This document shows, one piece after another, positions 14,173-23,415 of a stretch of 59,136 nt of DNA. Positions within the stretch are counted from its first letter, which is position 1. Every line of letters begins with the position of its first letter. This stretch comes from Candidatus Nomurabacteria bacterium. GTDB taxonomy: Bacteria > Patescibacteriota > Minisyncoccia > Phycocordibacterales > UBA1006. The stretch lies in assembly GCA_943357975.1 (NCBI GenBank), contig CALRGS010000001.1, positions 1-59,136 on the forward strand, in the 5' to 3' direction. Position numbers and translations under genes: made by a program. The notes under the pieces were generated by a model. That model had not been told where the DNA came from. It saw nothing but the letters and a program-made list of their open reading frames with translations, and made no database searches.

Positions 14173-15915
14173 CTATACTCGCTCCCCAATCTGTTGTCTC
14201 CACATCGCCTGATACAACCCATTTTGTTCAAGGAGTTCTGCATGAGTCCCAGTCTCGACAAGTTTTCCTTTTTCCAAAACAAAGATTCTATCTGCGTGCA
14301 TAATTGTTGAGAGCCGGTGCGCGATCAATACCGTAATCCGCAAAGCGCCTTGTGACACATCTCGAATTGTTTTCGTAATTTCTTCTTCAGTAATTGAATC
14401 AAGTGCCGACGTTGCCTCATCAAAAATCAAAATACTTGGTTTTCGTAAGAGTGCGCGCGCAATCGAAAGTCGCTGTTTTTCACCACCAGAAACTTTTACC
14501 CCTCCTTCCCCAATCACCGTATCTAGTCCTTGCTCTCCACGTTCAAGCAGATTCTGACACTGCGCATTATTGAGTGCCCCTAAACATTCAGCATCCGTCG
14601 CAGCAGGATTCACGAACAACATGTTTTCTCGAATCGTACCTGCAAACAATTGTGTGTCCTGGGTTACAAATCCAATTTGATTCCTCAATTCTTCCTTGTT
14701 AATTTCATCATAACGAATACCGTTATACAAAATCGCTCCACTGGTAGGCGTATACAACCCCACTAATAATTTTACGAGTGACGTTTTTCCAGAACCAGAA
14801 GGTCCCACAAAAGCAATGGTTTGCCCCTGTTGAACGCTATACGAAATATGTGAAAGCGCCTGAGTCGTCGCTGTTCCATATCCAAACGAAACATCATCAA
14901 ATGAAAAATTCTTAAGTTCCCCCATCGCTTTCGGGTGTTCAGGGTTTGCCTCCGGAGGTGTATTCATAAGTTTCTCATAGTTTGCAAGCGAAGCCTCGGT
15001 CTCACGATACGCAGCAATAAACGGCGCAATTTGTTGTAATGGAAAGAATAACCAGAAACTATAAATATTAAGCGAGAAATATTGCCCCAGCGTAATCGTT
15101 TTCGTATAGATCAAGTAGAACAAGAAAAATACCAACCCTGCGCGAATTGCGTTTGTAATCGTACCTTGGACAAAATCAAGACTGCGCAAATAACGAAGCT
15201 TTTTAAGTTCAAGTTTCAAAATTTTATCAGTCGTATTATTCAAATGCGCAACCTCTTGTCCTGCAAGTCCGAGCGCTTTTACCAATTCAATATTGCGAAG
15301 CGATTCTGTTGTAGAGCCTGCAAGTGCTGTGGTTTCAGCAACAATCGTTTTTTGAATGGACTTGATACGTTTTGACATCAGAATACTCACGGTAGCAATC
15401 ACAGCGATCATGCCAAAAAATACAACCGGGATCAGCCAATAAATAGTTGCCGAGTACACCGCAACGAATACGAAGATAATAGATGAAAAGAAAATAGTAT
15501 TCACCATTTGCAGCATCAAGTTTTCAGTATCCTGGCGCGCTTTTTGGAGCTTGCCCAGCGTTTCACCAGAGCGCTCGTCTTCAAACACGCTGTACGGAAG
15601 CGCAAGTGAATGATTTACTCCTTCACGATACATATCTGCACCGGATCGTTTACTCACCGTGTTCAAATAATAATCCTGGAAATTTTTTGCTACGCGCGAA
15701 ACAAGTGCCGTACCAATAAACGCAAGGACCAGTAATCCTACTCCACCCAAAAATGCTGACTGGGTAAAATCAGCAAAATGCATTGCATACTTATCAATCA
15801 ACCGTTGCGTAATATACGGTTCAAGGAGTGAGAAGAACTGGTTGATAAGTGCTAATACTAATATAAGCCCACACATCATCCAATATTTTTTGATATAAAA
15901 CAGAAAGATTTTCAT
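14173..15915 (-). CDS. ABC transporter, fused permease/ATP-binding protein (MsbA/exporter type)
   Basis: 580 aa with a 6-TM domain followed by Walker A GPSGSGKT, signature VSGGEKQR and Walker B ILIFDEA. Confidence 0.9.
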   Translation of the reverse strand: MKIFLFYIKKYWMMCGLILVLALINQFFSLLEPYITQRLIDKYAMHFADFTQSAFLGGVGLLVLAFIGTALVSRVAKNFQDYYLNTVSKRSGADMYREGVNHSLALPYSVFEDERSGETLGKLQKARQDTENLMLQMVNTIFFSSIIFVFVAVYSATIYWLIPVVFFGMIAVIATVSILMSKRIKSIQKTIVAETTALAGSTTESLRNIELVKALGLAGQEVAHLNNTTDKILKLELKKLRYLRSLDFVQGTITNAIRAGLVFFLFYLIYTKTITLGQYFSLNIYSFWLFFPLQQIAPFIAAYRETEASLANYEKLMNTPPEANPEHPKAMGELKNFSFDDVSFGYGTATTQALSHISYSVQQGQTIAFVGPSGSGKTSLVKLLVGLYTPTSGAILYNGIRYDEINKEELRNQIGFVTQDTQLFAGTIRENMLFVNPAATDAECLGALNNAQCQNLLERGEQGLDTVIGEGGVKVSGGEKQRLSIARALLRKPSILIFDEATSALDSITEEEITKTIRDVSQGALRITVLIAHRLSTIMHADRIFVLEKGKLVETGTHAELLEQNGLYQAMWRQQIGERV

Positions 15916-15923
15916 AGATATTT

Positions 15924-15933
15924 ATGATAGCAT
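15924..15933. promoter_or_regulatory. shared, overlapping extended -10 elements of the divergent ABC-transporter and PaaX-like genes
   Basis: Plus strand: TGaTAGCAT (15925-15933), then 9 nt to ATG 15943. Minus strand: TGcTATCAT (15932-15924), then 8 nt to ATG 15915. The intergenic gap is only 27 nt. Confidence 0.45.
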
Positions 15934-15942
15934 ACTATTTAT

Positions 15943-16479
15943 ATGGCAAAGACTCCTGATTATTCCAAAAAAATCCTTAAAATCCTTGCTGAAAACAAGG
16001 CGGTTTCGGTACCCGAATTAGCCGCAAAAATGGCCCCAAGTGACTTAAAATTGGCCACCAAGGCTCGTTATGCGATTAATAGAACACTTCGTGGATTGGT
16101 GGAATCCGGCCTTATAGAGAGCCATTTTTCAGGTCAAAATGACTATGCCCGTTTGACCACGGCAGGACGTAAAAAGGCTACTACGTTGAAGCTAGAAAGC
16201 GATACCAGCCTCCTTCCCAACTGGGATGGTAAGTGGCGTATTGTACTCCTTGATCTACCAGAATTTCGGAAATCTGAACGCGAATCACTTCGCTACCTCC
16301 TCAAAAAGGCAGGGTTTGTGTGCCTCAAAAATTCAGCTTGGGTGTCCCCTTTCCCATTCGAGCACCTGTTTATGAATATCAAAAAAGACCTCAGCCTCAC
16401 GACCGAGATTATGATCCTTGTTACAGAAACAATTGATCAGGAAACTGAGAAGGTGTTGTTTGAGATGTTTGGGAAATAA
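15943..16479 (+). CDS. PaaX-like winged-helix transcriptional regulator
   Basis: 178 aa. N-terminal wHTH, then WRIVLLDLPE..RE.LR..LKKAGF..L..S.WVSPF, typical of the PaaX C-terminal-like module. Confidence 0.65.
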   Translation: MAKTPDYSKKILKILAENKAVSVPELAAKMAPSDLKLATKARYAINRTLRGLVESGLIESHFSGQNDYARLTTAGRKKATTLKLESDTSLLPNWDGKWRIVLLDLPEFRKSERESLRYLLKKAGFVCLKNSAWVSPFPFEHLFMNIKKDLSLTTEIMILVTETIDQETEKVLFEMFGK

Positions 16480-16514
16480 AAAAACCTCAACGAGGTTTTT
16501 TTATTTTAGTTAAA

Positions 16515-17036
16515 TTAAACAATTGTCATTATTTTCTGTGCAATTTCTTGTGGAGACAAAACACTGGAATCAAACGTCGGCTGTGTTTTATCTTTCAATG
16601 CCATATAGGCATCATAGCGCTGGATAAAACCTTGTTCATCAGTAACAGAAAGTTTTGAGCCCCGCTCTTTTGCAGTAGATACTCGCTCTGCAAAACGAGC
16701 TTTCAAAACATCTAAAGGGGCCTCAACATTCACATAAGTCACCTTGATTCCATGTCTTTCTCCTAATTCTTCTAATTGCTTATTCAAATTCCCTTGCCCA
16801 ACGGAACCACCTTCTGTAATTAGCGACATTCCATTTGATAACAGCTTATCTCCAATAGAGAGAAGGCAGTCTTGAACTAATTTTCGATCTCGGTCAGGAG
16901 TGTAGTCTGAAATAAGAAATTTAATCTTGTTCGCTGAAAGTCTAAAAATTTTCTTGTACTGCTCCATGATGATATTCACAGCCCAAGTTTTTCCGGACAC
17001 AATAGGTCCATTTATAATTAAAATAAATTGATTCAT
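16515..17036 (-). CDS. P-loop NTPase / kinase-like protein
   Basis: ORF 16515..17081 trimmed to MNQFILIINGPIVSGKTW (Walker A). The start is uncertain. Confidence 0.6.
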   Translation of the reverse strand: MNQFILIINGPIVSGKTWAVNIIMEQYKKIFRLSANKIKFLISDYTPDRDRKLVQDCLLSIGDKLLSNGMSLITEGGSVGQGNLNKQLEELGERHGIKVTYVNVEAPLDVLKARFAERVSTAKERGSKLSVTDEQGFIQRYDAYMALKDKTQPTFDSSVLSPQEIAQKIMTIV

Positions 17037-17144
17037 ATAAAATTTGTTGTTTTGATTATGGTTTTGATTAGTGAGTACCATTACTGGTACTCACTTTTAT
17101 AGTACCACAGAATCATCAACATGACAAATTTATGAGATCTGTGT

Positions 17145-17393
17145 TTATTTCTTCCATCGTGGAGCAAAACGTATCAACCAGGTAAAGAATTTTGCCTTGA
17201 GCGTATTAACTCCAATCCCCCGCATCCCGTTATAAGCAATCTTCTGGAACTCTTTTAAATCATTTCCTTCGTAACAGAACTTTCCATTTTTAAAACAGTA
17301 ACTACAATATTTCTCGCTGTCGCGAACTCCCGGGTCTTTATAAAATGGCATCAGACAGCTCTCGCATGCGGTGTAGGTGGTTTCTTTATTCAT
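17145..17393 (-). CDS. zinc-ribbon domain protein
   Basis: 82 aa with CESC..(18)..CSYC, pattern of the putative zinc-ribbon family. Confidence 0.6.
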   Translation of the reverse strand: MNKETTYTACESCLMPFYKDPGVRDSEKYCSYCFKNGKFCYEGNDLKEFQKIAYNGMRGIGVNTLKAKFFTWLIRFAPRWKK

Positions 17394-17411
17394 GCAAGTA
17401 GTATAACAAAA

Positions 17412-17966
17412 TTATAAGATATTTAAAATTTGCTCGACTGCTTGATCAAGTGAGCCATTTTCAATAATTACTAGTGGGGTTCCATATTCCTTTGATACTC
17501 TTCTTGCGACATCTAGGGACCGTTCTTGTGCTTGTGTTAAAAACCGTATTTTTTCAGCATCTGAAATATCATCAGCGGCAAACAAGTTTCTCTCTCGGTT
17601 TTCAGAGTGAATACGTTTCAAAATATCTGCAGGATTAACATTCACATGTACAAATACTTTACAATAATCGTACCAATCACCCACAGATTCTGTAACTACC
17701 CCATTCCATACTTTTACAAAATGACTTGTCGCGATAGCACGATCACTGCTTTCACTAATATTTTTAAATGATTCTACTTGGGCGTTATTCTTTTGCTCAT
17801 GAGAAAAGTTTCTGAGCAAATCATAATTAGTCTCTATACCAAGCATCTTCATCATATTATGCGAACCCTCAAAACACGGAATGTTTGTCCGTGTTTTTAA
17901 AATATTTAATATTGTAGTTTTACCAGAACCATTTATTCCACCAATAAAAACAATGTTTCGTTTCAT
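17412..17966 (-). CDS. P-loop NTPase (adenylate-kinase-like AAA family ATPase)
   Basis: 184 aa with Walker A GGINGSGKTT; lies 3 nt downstream of grpE. Confidence 0.65.
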   Translation of the reverse strand: MKRNIVFIGGINGSGKTTILNILKTRTNIPCFEGSHNMMKMLGIETNYDLLRNFSHEQKNNAQVESFKNISESSDRAIATSHFVKVWNGVVTESVGDWYDYCKVFVHVNVNPADILKRIHSENRERNLFAADDISDAEKIRFLTQAQERSLDVARRVSKEYGTPLVIIENGSLDQAVEQILNIL

Positions 17967-17969
17967 GTA

Positions 17970-18581
17970 TTATTTCAACTTCCAAACAACTACTCGAGCA
18001 GGACGGATAACTCGTTCCCCCATTTTGTATCCCTTCTGAATAATACGCTCAACCTTGTGATCTTGGTGTGCATCATCAGTATCTTTCGTTTCAATTGGTT
18101 CATGCGCATGCGCATCGAAATCAACACCCACTTGATCAATAGCGGTTATCCCATTATTTTCAAGAGCTGTTTTTAGTTGACTATAAATAAATTCAACTCC
18201 AATTCTCCAGTTCTTATCTACTGCTTCCCAGGCAGCCGTATTCCCCATCGCCATATCAAAACTATCCAAGGTTGGAAGAAAATCTGCGAGAACTTTTTCA
18301 GTAGTCTTTTTCTTGGTCGTATCACGAACTTCATCCAACTCCTTTTTCAAGTTTACATAATCAGCTCGTGCACGCTGAAGAGCGGTGAGGTGCTCACGAG
18401 ATTCTTTCTGAGATACTTTTAATTCAGCTCGAAGGTCTTTGAGTTTCTGTTTGTCTTTCTTTTCATCTCCTACCCAATCAAGTTCTTCAAATTCTACATC
18501 ATCCACAGGCTCATCTAAAATAACCTCGTCTTCAGGTTCGGGTTTGTCTAGAACTGGATCATCGTACAAATTATCGTTCAT
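17970..18581 (-). CDS. grpE: nucleotide exchange factor GrpE
   Basis: 203 aa with an acidic N-terminus, a coiled coil and the C-terminal GrpE signature ..GYKMGERVIRPARVVV. Confidence 0.9.
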   Translation of the reverse strand: MNDNLYDDPVLDKPEPEDEVILDEPVDDVEFEELDWVGDEKKDKQKLKDLRAELKVSQKESREHLTALQRARADYVNLKKELDEVRDTTKKKTTEKVLADFLPTLDSFDMAMGNTAAWEAVDKNWRIGVEFIYSQLKTALENNGITAIDQVGVDFDAHAHEPIETKDTDDAHQDHKVERIIQKGYKMGERVIRPARVVVWKLK

Positions 18582-18631
18582 ATGCTGGTATTATACATAA
18601 TTTAGGACAAGAAAAAAGGCCCTGCCAGGAC

Positions 18632-19048
18632 CTATTTTTCTATAGCAACCAAGATAACGGAAACATTTCCATTGCCTATTTTTTTTGTAAAAGTGAAGCG
18701 AGAAGTTTTATGTTCAGCACTTAATTTCTGTTCTGCAGAAAGTTTTGCAGCCGAGTGGGTTTGGCCTACTGATTCTGTAACAGTGAATGACCCATCGGGA
18801 TGGCTGTCCACGAACATCTCGAACGAACTGCCAGGCGAGGCTTCATAGCCACTCACAATCTTCTTAAGAAGTTTTACACCAACTCCACCCTTAGGGCGTT
18901 CTTGTTCTAGGTTTTCGATTCCTGCCTTATTATTCCCTCCACCATTACCAGCCCTTGATTCCATAGGGGCCAACATGGCCACCGTAGCAACCGTAGCCAT
19001 GAGGGTATTCTTGATAAGTTTCCCAGGATTTTCAAATGGATTTTTCAT
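18632..19048 (-). CDS. secreted hypothetical protein (signal peptide)
   Basis: 138-aa ORF with an N-terminal hydrophobic segment (TLMATVATVAMLAPMESRA). Confidence 0.55.
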   Translation of the reverse strand: MKNPFENPGKLIKNTLMATVATVAMLAPMESRAGNGGGNNKAGIENLEQERPKGGVGVKLLKKIVSGYEASPGSSFEMFVDSHPDGSFTVTESVGQTHSAAKLSAEQKLSAEHKTSRFTFTKKIGNGNVSVILVAIEK

Positions 19049-19111
19049 AGTTCTATTATACCAAATTTAGCCAAACAAAAAGCCCCTCTCGGGGATTTTT
19101 TGTAAAACGAA

Positions 19112-19519
19112 TTATCGCTTTGACCACTGTGAACTCTTTCGAGCCTTCTTGTGTCCGAACTTACGACGTTCCTTAGAACGCGCATCTCGTTTCAAGTATC
19201 CAAGCTTTTTAACTTCAGTCTTTACAGACTCATCAGTCAAAGCAAGGGCTCGAGCAATTCCGTGACGGATTGCCTCAGCCTGAGAATGGGTTCCTCCTCC
19301 CTTTACTACTACAGTAATAGTATAGGTCTTTGGATCCTTTAGCTTGTGTAGAGATTCCATTGCAATCTTAACAAGGTCTTTGGTTGCAAAATATGCATCC
19401 GCTGGCTTGTCATTAACCACAAGTGAATTTTTAGCAGCTTCAGTAATACGAATACGAGCCGAAGAAGTTTTTCGACGACCAGTAGCAGCTATATAATTTT
19501 GAGATTTTGCAGCTGTCAT
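19112..19519 (-). CDS. rpsI: 30S ribosomal protein S9
   Basis: ..ATGRRKTSSARIRI..GGGTHSQAEAIRHGIARAL..RKFGHKKARK. Confidence 0.95.
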   Translation of the reverse strand: MTAAKSQNYIAATGRRKTSSARIRITEAAKNSLVVNDKPADAYFATKDLVKIAMESLHKLKDPKTYTITVVVKGGGTHSQAEAIRHGIARALALTDESVKTEVKKLGYLKRDARSKERRKFGHKKARKSSQWSKR

Positions 19520-19520
19520 A

Positions 19521-19862
19521 TTAGTCGTTGATGATTAAATTCTTAAGTGTGTCAGTTCGTAACTTGTTTCGAGGAAGCATTCCGCGAACCGTTCGCATAA
19601 TAACTTCTCGTATTCCACGTCGGTCTTTTAAGTGACCTCGTGTTTCGATCTTCTGACCACCTGGATACCCAGAGTAAGTCTGAAGCTCTTCGTTTAATCG
19701 TCTTTCCGAGAGGTCGAGTTTCGATGCGTTAACAATCGTAACTTTTACATCAGAAATTTTATTGGGTGCAAAACCCGTATCCATCTTCCCTCGCAAGTAA
19801 CTTGCGGCGAGACTGGTGACACGGCCAAGCTTTTTCCCTGTTGCATCAATAGTGAATTCCAT
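19521..19862 (-). CDS. rplM: 50S ribosomal protein L13 (short, 113 aa)
   Basis: ORF trimmed to MEFTIDATGKKLGRV.. so that it does not overlap rplQ; contains ..YSGYPGG..RGMLP. Confidence 0.85.
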   Translation of the reverse strand: MEFTIDATGKKLGRVTSLAASYLRGKMDTGFAPNKISDVKVTIVNASKLDLSERRLNEELQTYSGYPGGQKIETRGHLKDRRGIREVIMRTVRGMLPRNKLRTDTLKNLIIND

Positions 19863-19887
19863 AAAAAGTTTAGCTAAAATAATAATG

Positions 19888-20244
19888 TTATACGAACTCG
19901 ATAATTGCCATTTCACTTCCGTCTGAAAGTCGATTCGGCAATTTCATAATTCGCAAATATCCTCCCTTGCGGTCTTGATACTTCGGAGCGTAATCCTTGA
20001 TCAAGGTCTGCGCAACATCCAATTGTCCACCCATTTCTGCGGTAAGCAATCGAAGGTTTGCGAGACCAGATCCAGATTTTGAACGCGTAACCATTTTTTC
20101 AACCATAGGTCGAATTTCCTTAGCACGTGGAAGCGTGGTTTCGATTCGTCCGTGAAGTACCAGACCTCGAACGAGACTTCGCAAGAATCCCTTGCGAACT
20201 TTTCGTTCTCGTCCAAATTTTCGTTTGTTATCGTGATGTCTCAT
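19888..20244 (-). CDS. rplQ: 50S ribosomal protein L17
   Basis: MRHHDNKRKFGR..LVLHGRIETTLPRAKE..GGYLRI. Confidence 0.95.
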   Translation of the reverse strand: MRHHDNKRKFGRERKVRKGFLRSLVRGLVLHGRIETTLPRAKEIRPMVEKMVTRSKSGSGLANLRLLTAEMGGQLDVAQTLIKDYAPKYQDRKGGYLRIMKLPNRLSDGSEMAIIEFV

Positions 20245-20280
20245 AATAATTTGATTAATGTCTTGGTTTATTTCTCCAAT

Positions 20281-21258
20281 TTATTTCTTAAGGGCCAAGC
20301 CGTAACTGGTAAGCACCTCTTTCACTTCATTCAATCCCTTGTCTCCGAATCCATCAAGCTCGAGAAGTCCTTCTTCAGTTTTCTGAATAAGTCCTCCAAC
20401 CGTTCGGATGCCTGCATCTGAAAGCGCGTTCAACGTTCGTGTTGAAAGCTGGAGTGAGTCGATTCGTGTTTTCAAAACCTCTGTGAGATCTTCCCTGTCC
20501 ATGGTAGCCCCTTCTTCTTTTTCTTTCCCAGGTGAAGGTATTGGCATTTCAATCTGTGTCTTTGCAATTTCTTTGAGATCAAGGATCGCTCGGAATTGTT
20601 CAAGCATGATTTTCATTGCATCCTCGAGAGCAACCTTTGGCTCGATAGAACCATCAGTCTCTACTACGAGACGCAGTCGGTTATAGTTCGTTCGGTCTCC
20701 GACACGCATGTCTTCAACGTCATAGCTACATCCAACGATTGGTGAAAATCGAGCGTCTGTCATGATAGCTCCGATATCCACTTTGTCTTTCGAAAGCATT
20801 TCTCGAGAAACAAATCCCAAACCTTTTGCAACCACCACTTCGATGTTGAGTTCTGCACCTTTGCCAGTAACTTCCCCGATGTATTGATCAGGTGAAGTAA
20901 CTACCAACTGTCCAGATGTTTCAAAATCAGAAGCTTTCGCCACTCCGTTTTTTACTACAAGAGTTGCTGTTGCTGGTTCATCGCCAGTCAATTGGAAACG
21001 AACTTTTTTCAAGTTGAGAATAGTCGTAATGATGTCTTCTCGAACACCTGCAAGCGTTGAGAATTCGTGTTCAACGCCCTTGATCTTTACTTGCGTAATC
21101 GCAGCACCAGGAATTGACGAGAGAATAATTCTTCGCAATGAGTTTCCAAGTGTGTGACCATATCCTGGGTAAAGCCCTTCGATCTCATAAACTCCTTGAG
21201 TAGAATTTTCTGAAACGATTTTTAGTTTTGAAGGCAAGACGATTGATAGTGACATCAT
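20281..21258 (-). CDS. rpoA: DNA-directed RNA polymerase subunit alpha
   Basis: 325 aa with NTD (GHTLGNSLRRILLSSIPGAA-like) and CTD (LSTRTLNALSDAGIRTVGGL). Confidence 0.95.
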   Translation of the reverse strand: MMSLSIVLPSKLKIVSENSTQGVYEIEGLYPGYGHTLGNSLRRIILSSIPGAAITQVKIKGVEHEFSTLAGVREDIITTILNLKKVRFQLTGDEPATATLVVKNGVAKASDFETSGQLVVTSPDQYIGEVTGKGAELNIEVVVAKGLGFVSREMLSKDKVDIGAIMTDARFSPIVGCSYDVEDMRVGDRTNYNRLRLVVETDGSIEPKVALEDAMKIMLEQFRAILDLKEIAKTQIEMPIPSPGKEKEEGATMDREDLTEVLKTRIDSLQLSTRTLNALSDAGIRTVGGLIQKTEEGLLELDGFGDKGLNEVKEVLTSYGLALKK

Positions 21259-21305
21259 AATGTTTGGCTTGAGATTATTAATGAGTAATTTTAATAAAGG
21301 AACTA

Positions 21306-21908
21306 TTATCTACTGTAGAACTCGATTACCACCTGGAAGTTCAAGAATGGGTCCGGATTTTTAGGTTCTCCTGAGATTTTTGCAGTAACTGCTGAATCAT
21401 CATAAGTAAACCAATCAGGCTTCTTGATCGCTTTCAATTTGGTTGCAATTTCTGTAAAGAGTTTCGTCGTCTTACTTCCCTCACGAATCGCGATCACATC
21501 ACCTAATTTAAGTGCGTATGATGGAATTGTGAGTTTTTTACCATTAACGGTAAAGTGTCCGTGCGAAACCATTTGTCGTGCCAATGCTCGTGTGTGGGCA
21601 AATCCCAAACGATATACCGCATTGTCGAGACGTTGTTCAATTTGCTTGAACAAGAGATCTGCTGGTGTCGAGTCTTTCTTGCCGTGTTCCATTGCGTAGG
21701 TTACGTAATTTGAAAATTGCTTTTCTCGTACTCCGTACATAAATCGAACTTTCTGCTTCTCGATCAGCTGATTTCCGAAGTCTGAACGTCGTCCTCCCTT
21801 TTTGCCTTTTTTGGCAACAGGTTCTGACTGAGCAAATTTAGCGGTCTGACATTTTTCATAGATACCGGCACCGAGGCGGCGGCACAATTTGTATTTTTTC
21901 TGTGTCAT
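21306..21908 (-). CDS. rpsD: 30S ribosomal protein S4
   Basis: 200 aa with an S4 domain (RLDNAVYRLGFAHTRALARQMVSHGHFTVNG). Confidence 0.95.
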   Translation of the reverse strand: MTQKKYKLCRRLGAGIYEKCQTAKFAQSEPVAKKGKKGGRRSDFGNQLIEKQKVRFMYGVREKQFSNYVTYAMEHGKKDSTPADLLFKQIEQRLDNAVYRLGFAHTRALARQMVSHGHFTVNGKKLTIPSYALKLGDVIAIREGSKTTKLFTEIATKLKAIKKPDWFTYDDSAVTAKISGEPKNPDPFLNFQVVIEFYSR

Positions 21909-21920
21909 ATAATTATTTGA

Positions 21921-22355
21921 TTATACTCGTCGAGCTTTTTTAGCTCGCGGACCATTAAATGGAACAGGCGTTCGATCCTTGATTGATACAATATCAATTC
22001 CTTTCGCTGAAAACGAACGGATCGCTGATTCTCGACCAGAACCTACACCTCGAACAACTACGTGAACTTCTTTTACTCCGATCATCTGAGCTTTTTCAGC
22101 TAAGACTTCACCAATTTTTGCAGCAGCGAAGGGGGTTCCCTTTTTAGCACCCTTGAACCCGAGGGCTCCTGATGACGATGCCATGATTGCGTTTCCGTCC
22201 ATATCAGTCAACAACGCTTTCGTGTTATTGAATGTTGATTGGATGTGCAAGATTCCCACCACCAACTTCTTCTTTGGTGTACGAGAAACAGCCCGATCGC
22301 GGAGACTTTTATCAACCTTCTGTCCTTCTGTTTTTACAATTCGTTTTTTTCCCAT
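21921..22355 (-). CDS. rpsK: 30S ribosomal protein S11
   Basis: ..GILHIQSTFNNT..GFKGAKKGTPFAA..DRTPVPFNGPRAKKARRV. Confidence 0.95.
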   Translation of the reverse strand: MGKKRIVKTEGQKVDKSLRDRAVSRTPKKKLVVGILHIQSTFNNTKALLTDMDGNAIMASSSGALGFKGAKKGTPFAAAKIGEVLAEKAQMIGVKEVHVVVRGVGSGRESAIRSFSAKGIDIVSIKDRTPVPFNGPRAKKARRV

Positions 22356-22370
22356 AGTATTAGAAGTTAA

Positions 22371-22754
22371 TTAGGTCTTAGATTCTTTCTTACGACCAGA
22401 TCCCATAGTCATACGCTTGTTACCACGTACGGTTCGAGAGTTAGTCTTTGTTCGCTGTCCTCGACTGGGAAGGTTGCGTGCGTGACGAGTACCTCGGTAA
22501 CTTCCGATGTCCTTCAATCGCTTGATGTTTTGACCGATTTCACGCGTGAGGTTTCCCTCAAGCTTCATGGTCTCAACAATCTTTCGGATTGCCGCCTCTT
22601 CATCTGTAGTAAGGTCCTTGATTTTCTTCATAGGATCGATCTTTGCCTGTTCAGCAATTGCCAATCCTTGAGGAATACCGATGCCGTAAATGGCAGCAGC
22701 AAGTCCGTACTGGAGATTTTTGTTTTCTGGTAGTGTAATTCCTAAAAGTCGCAT
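22371..22754 (-). CDS. rpsM: 30S ribosomal protein S13
   Basis: MRLLGITLPENK..YRGTRHARNLPSRGQRTKTN. Confidence 0.95.
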   Translation of the reverse strand: MRLLGITLPENKNLQYGLAAAIYGIGIPQGLAIAEQAKIDPMKKIKDLTTDEEAAIRKIVETMKLEGNLTREIGQNIKRLKDIGSYRGTRHARNLPSRGQRTKTNSRTVRGNKRMTMGSGRKKESKT

Positions 22755-22772
22755 ATGATATAAATACTAAAA

Positions 22773-22889
22773 TTAACCCTGACGTGCCTTGTGACGAGGG
22801 TTTTTCTTGTTAATGCGATACAAACGACCTTTTCGTCGAACAATGATATCGTCCGCGCTAATTTTTTTGATTGATGATCGAATTTTCAT
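22773..22889 (-). CDS. rpmJ: 50S ribosomal protein L36
   Basis: Not in the ORF track (38 aa). Reverse-strand translation gives [38 protein letters not shown]. Confidence 0.9.
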   Translation of the reverse strand: MKIRSSIKKISADDIIVRRKGRLYRINKKNPRHKARQG

Positions 22890-22992
22890 GATCGGTATCT
22901 TTGGTGCTAATAATTATTAATGATTGCCATTCCAACTTCTTGCAAGAGATTGGATGACCAGAATAGCTGACAAAACATAACAAGAGGGCTTT

Positions 22993-23208
22993 TTAAGCTC
23001 TCTTCACAATTCTTCCTTTTCCCCCGTAAGGTTCTAGGAGCACATGAACGGTGTCACCGATCAAAACCTTGATTCGATGGAGTTTCATTTTGCCTGAAAG
23101 GTACGCAACTTGTACGTTACCATCTTGAAATCGCACCCGAAACATTGCGTTTGGGAGCGCTTCGAGGACTTCTGCTGTTACGATGTTTTTCTCATCTGTT
23201 TGTACCAT
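22993..23208 (-). CDS. infA: translation initiation factor IF-1
   Basis: ORF trimmed to MVQTDEKNIVTAEVLEALPNAMFRVRF..; S1-like IF-1 fold signature. Confidence 0.9.
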   Translation of the reverse strand: MVQTDEKNIVTAEVLEALPNAMFRVRFQDGNVQVAYLSGKMKLHRIKVLIGDTVHVLLEPYGGKGRIVKRA

Positions 23209-23222
23209 GTGCAGTAATTGGC

Positions 23223-23251
23223 ATCTTAGCAAAGATATAAAGTCCTGTCAA
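23223..23251 (-). promoter_or_regulatory. predicted promoter of the infA-ribosomal protein-rpoA operon
   Basis: Minus strand: TTGACA(23246-23251)-17-TGcTAAGAT(23223-23231), 14 nt before ATG 23208. Confidence 0.55.
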
Positions 23252-23381
23252 CTGATTACGACTTATCCACAGTAAAAAAGCTTGGAATACAACGGTTTCT
23301 CGGGTTGGACAAGTTCCATTTTCAAGTCAAGGGGCAAAATTGTCACTTTTCCCCAATGAAATAAGGCCTCTTTTCACTAAA

Positions 23382-23412
23382 ATAGCCCGGTTTGCGTAGC
23401 AAACCGGGCTAT
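23382..23412 (-). terminator. intrinsic terminator after the 23416..23964 gene
   Basis: 14-bp stem ATAGCCCGGTTTGC / GCAAACCGGGCTAT. Confidence 0.7.
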
Positions 23413-23415
23413 CCA

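Noticed and set aside
22932-22953. Imperfect palindrome CCAACTTCTTGCAAGAGATTGG in the infA-rpmJ spacer.
   Set aside because: It is a single short hairpin with mismatches and no second copy. It is probably a trivial mRNA structure or processing site.
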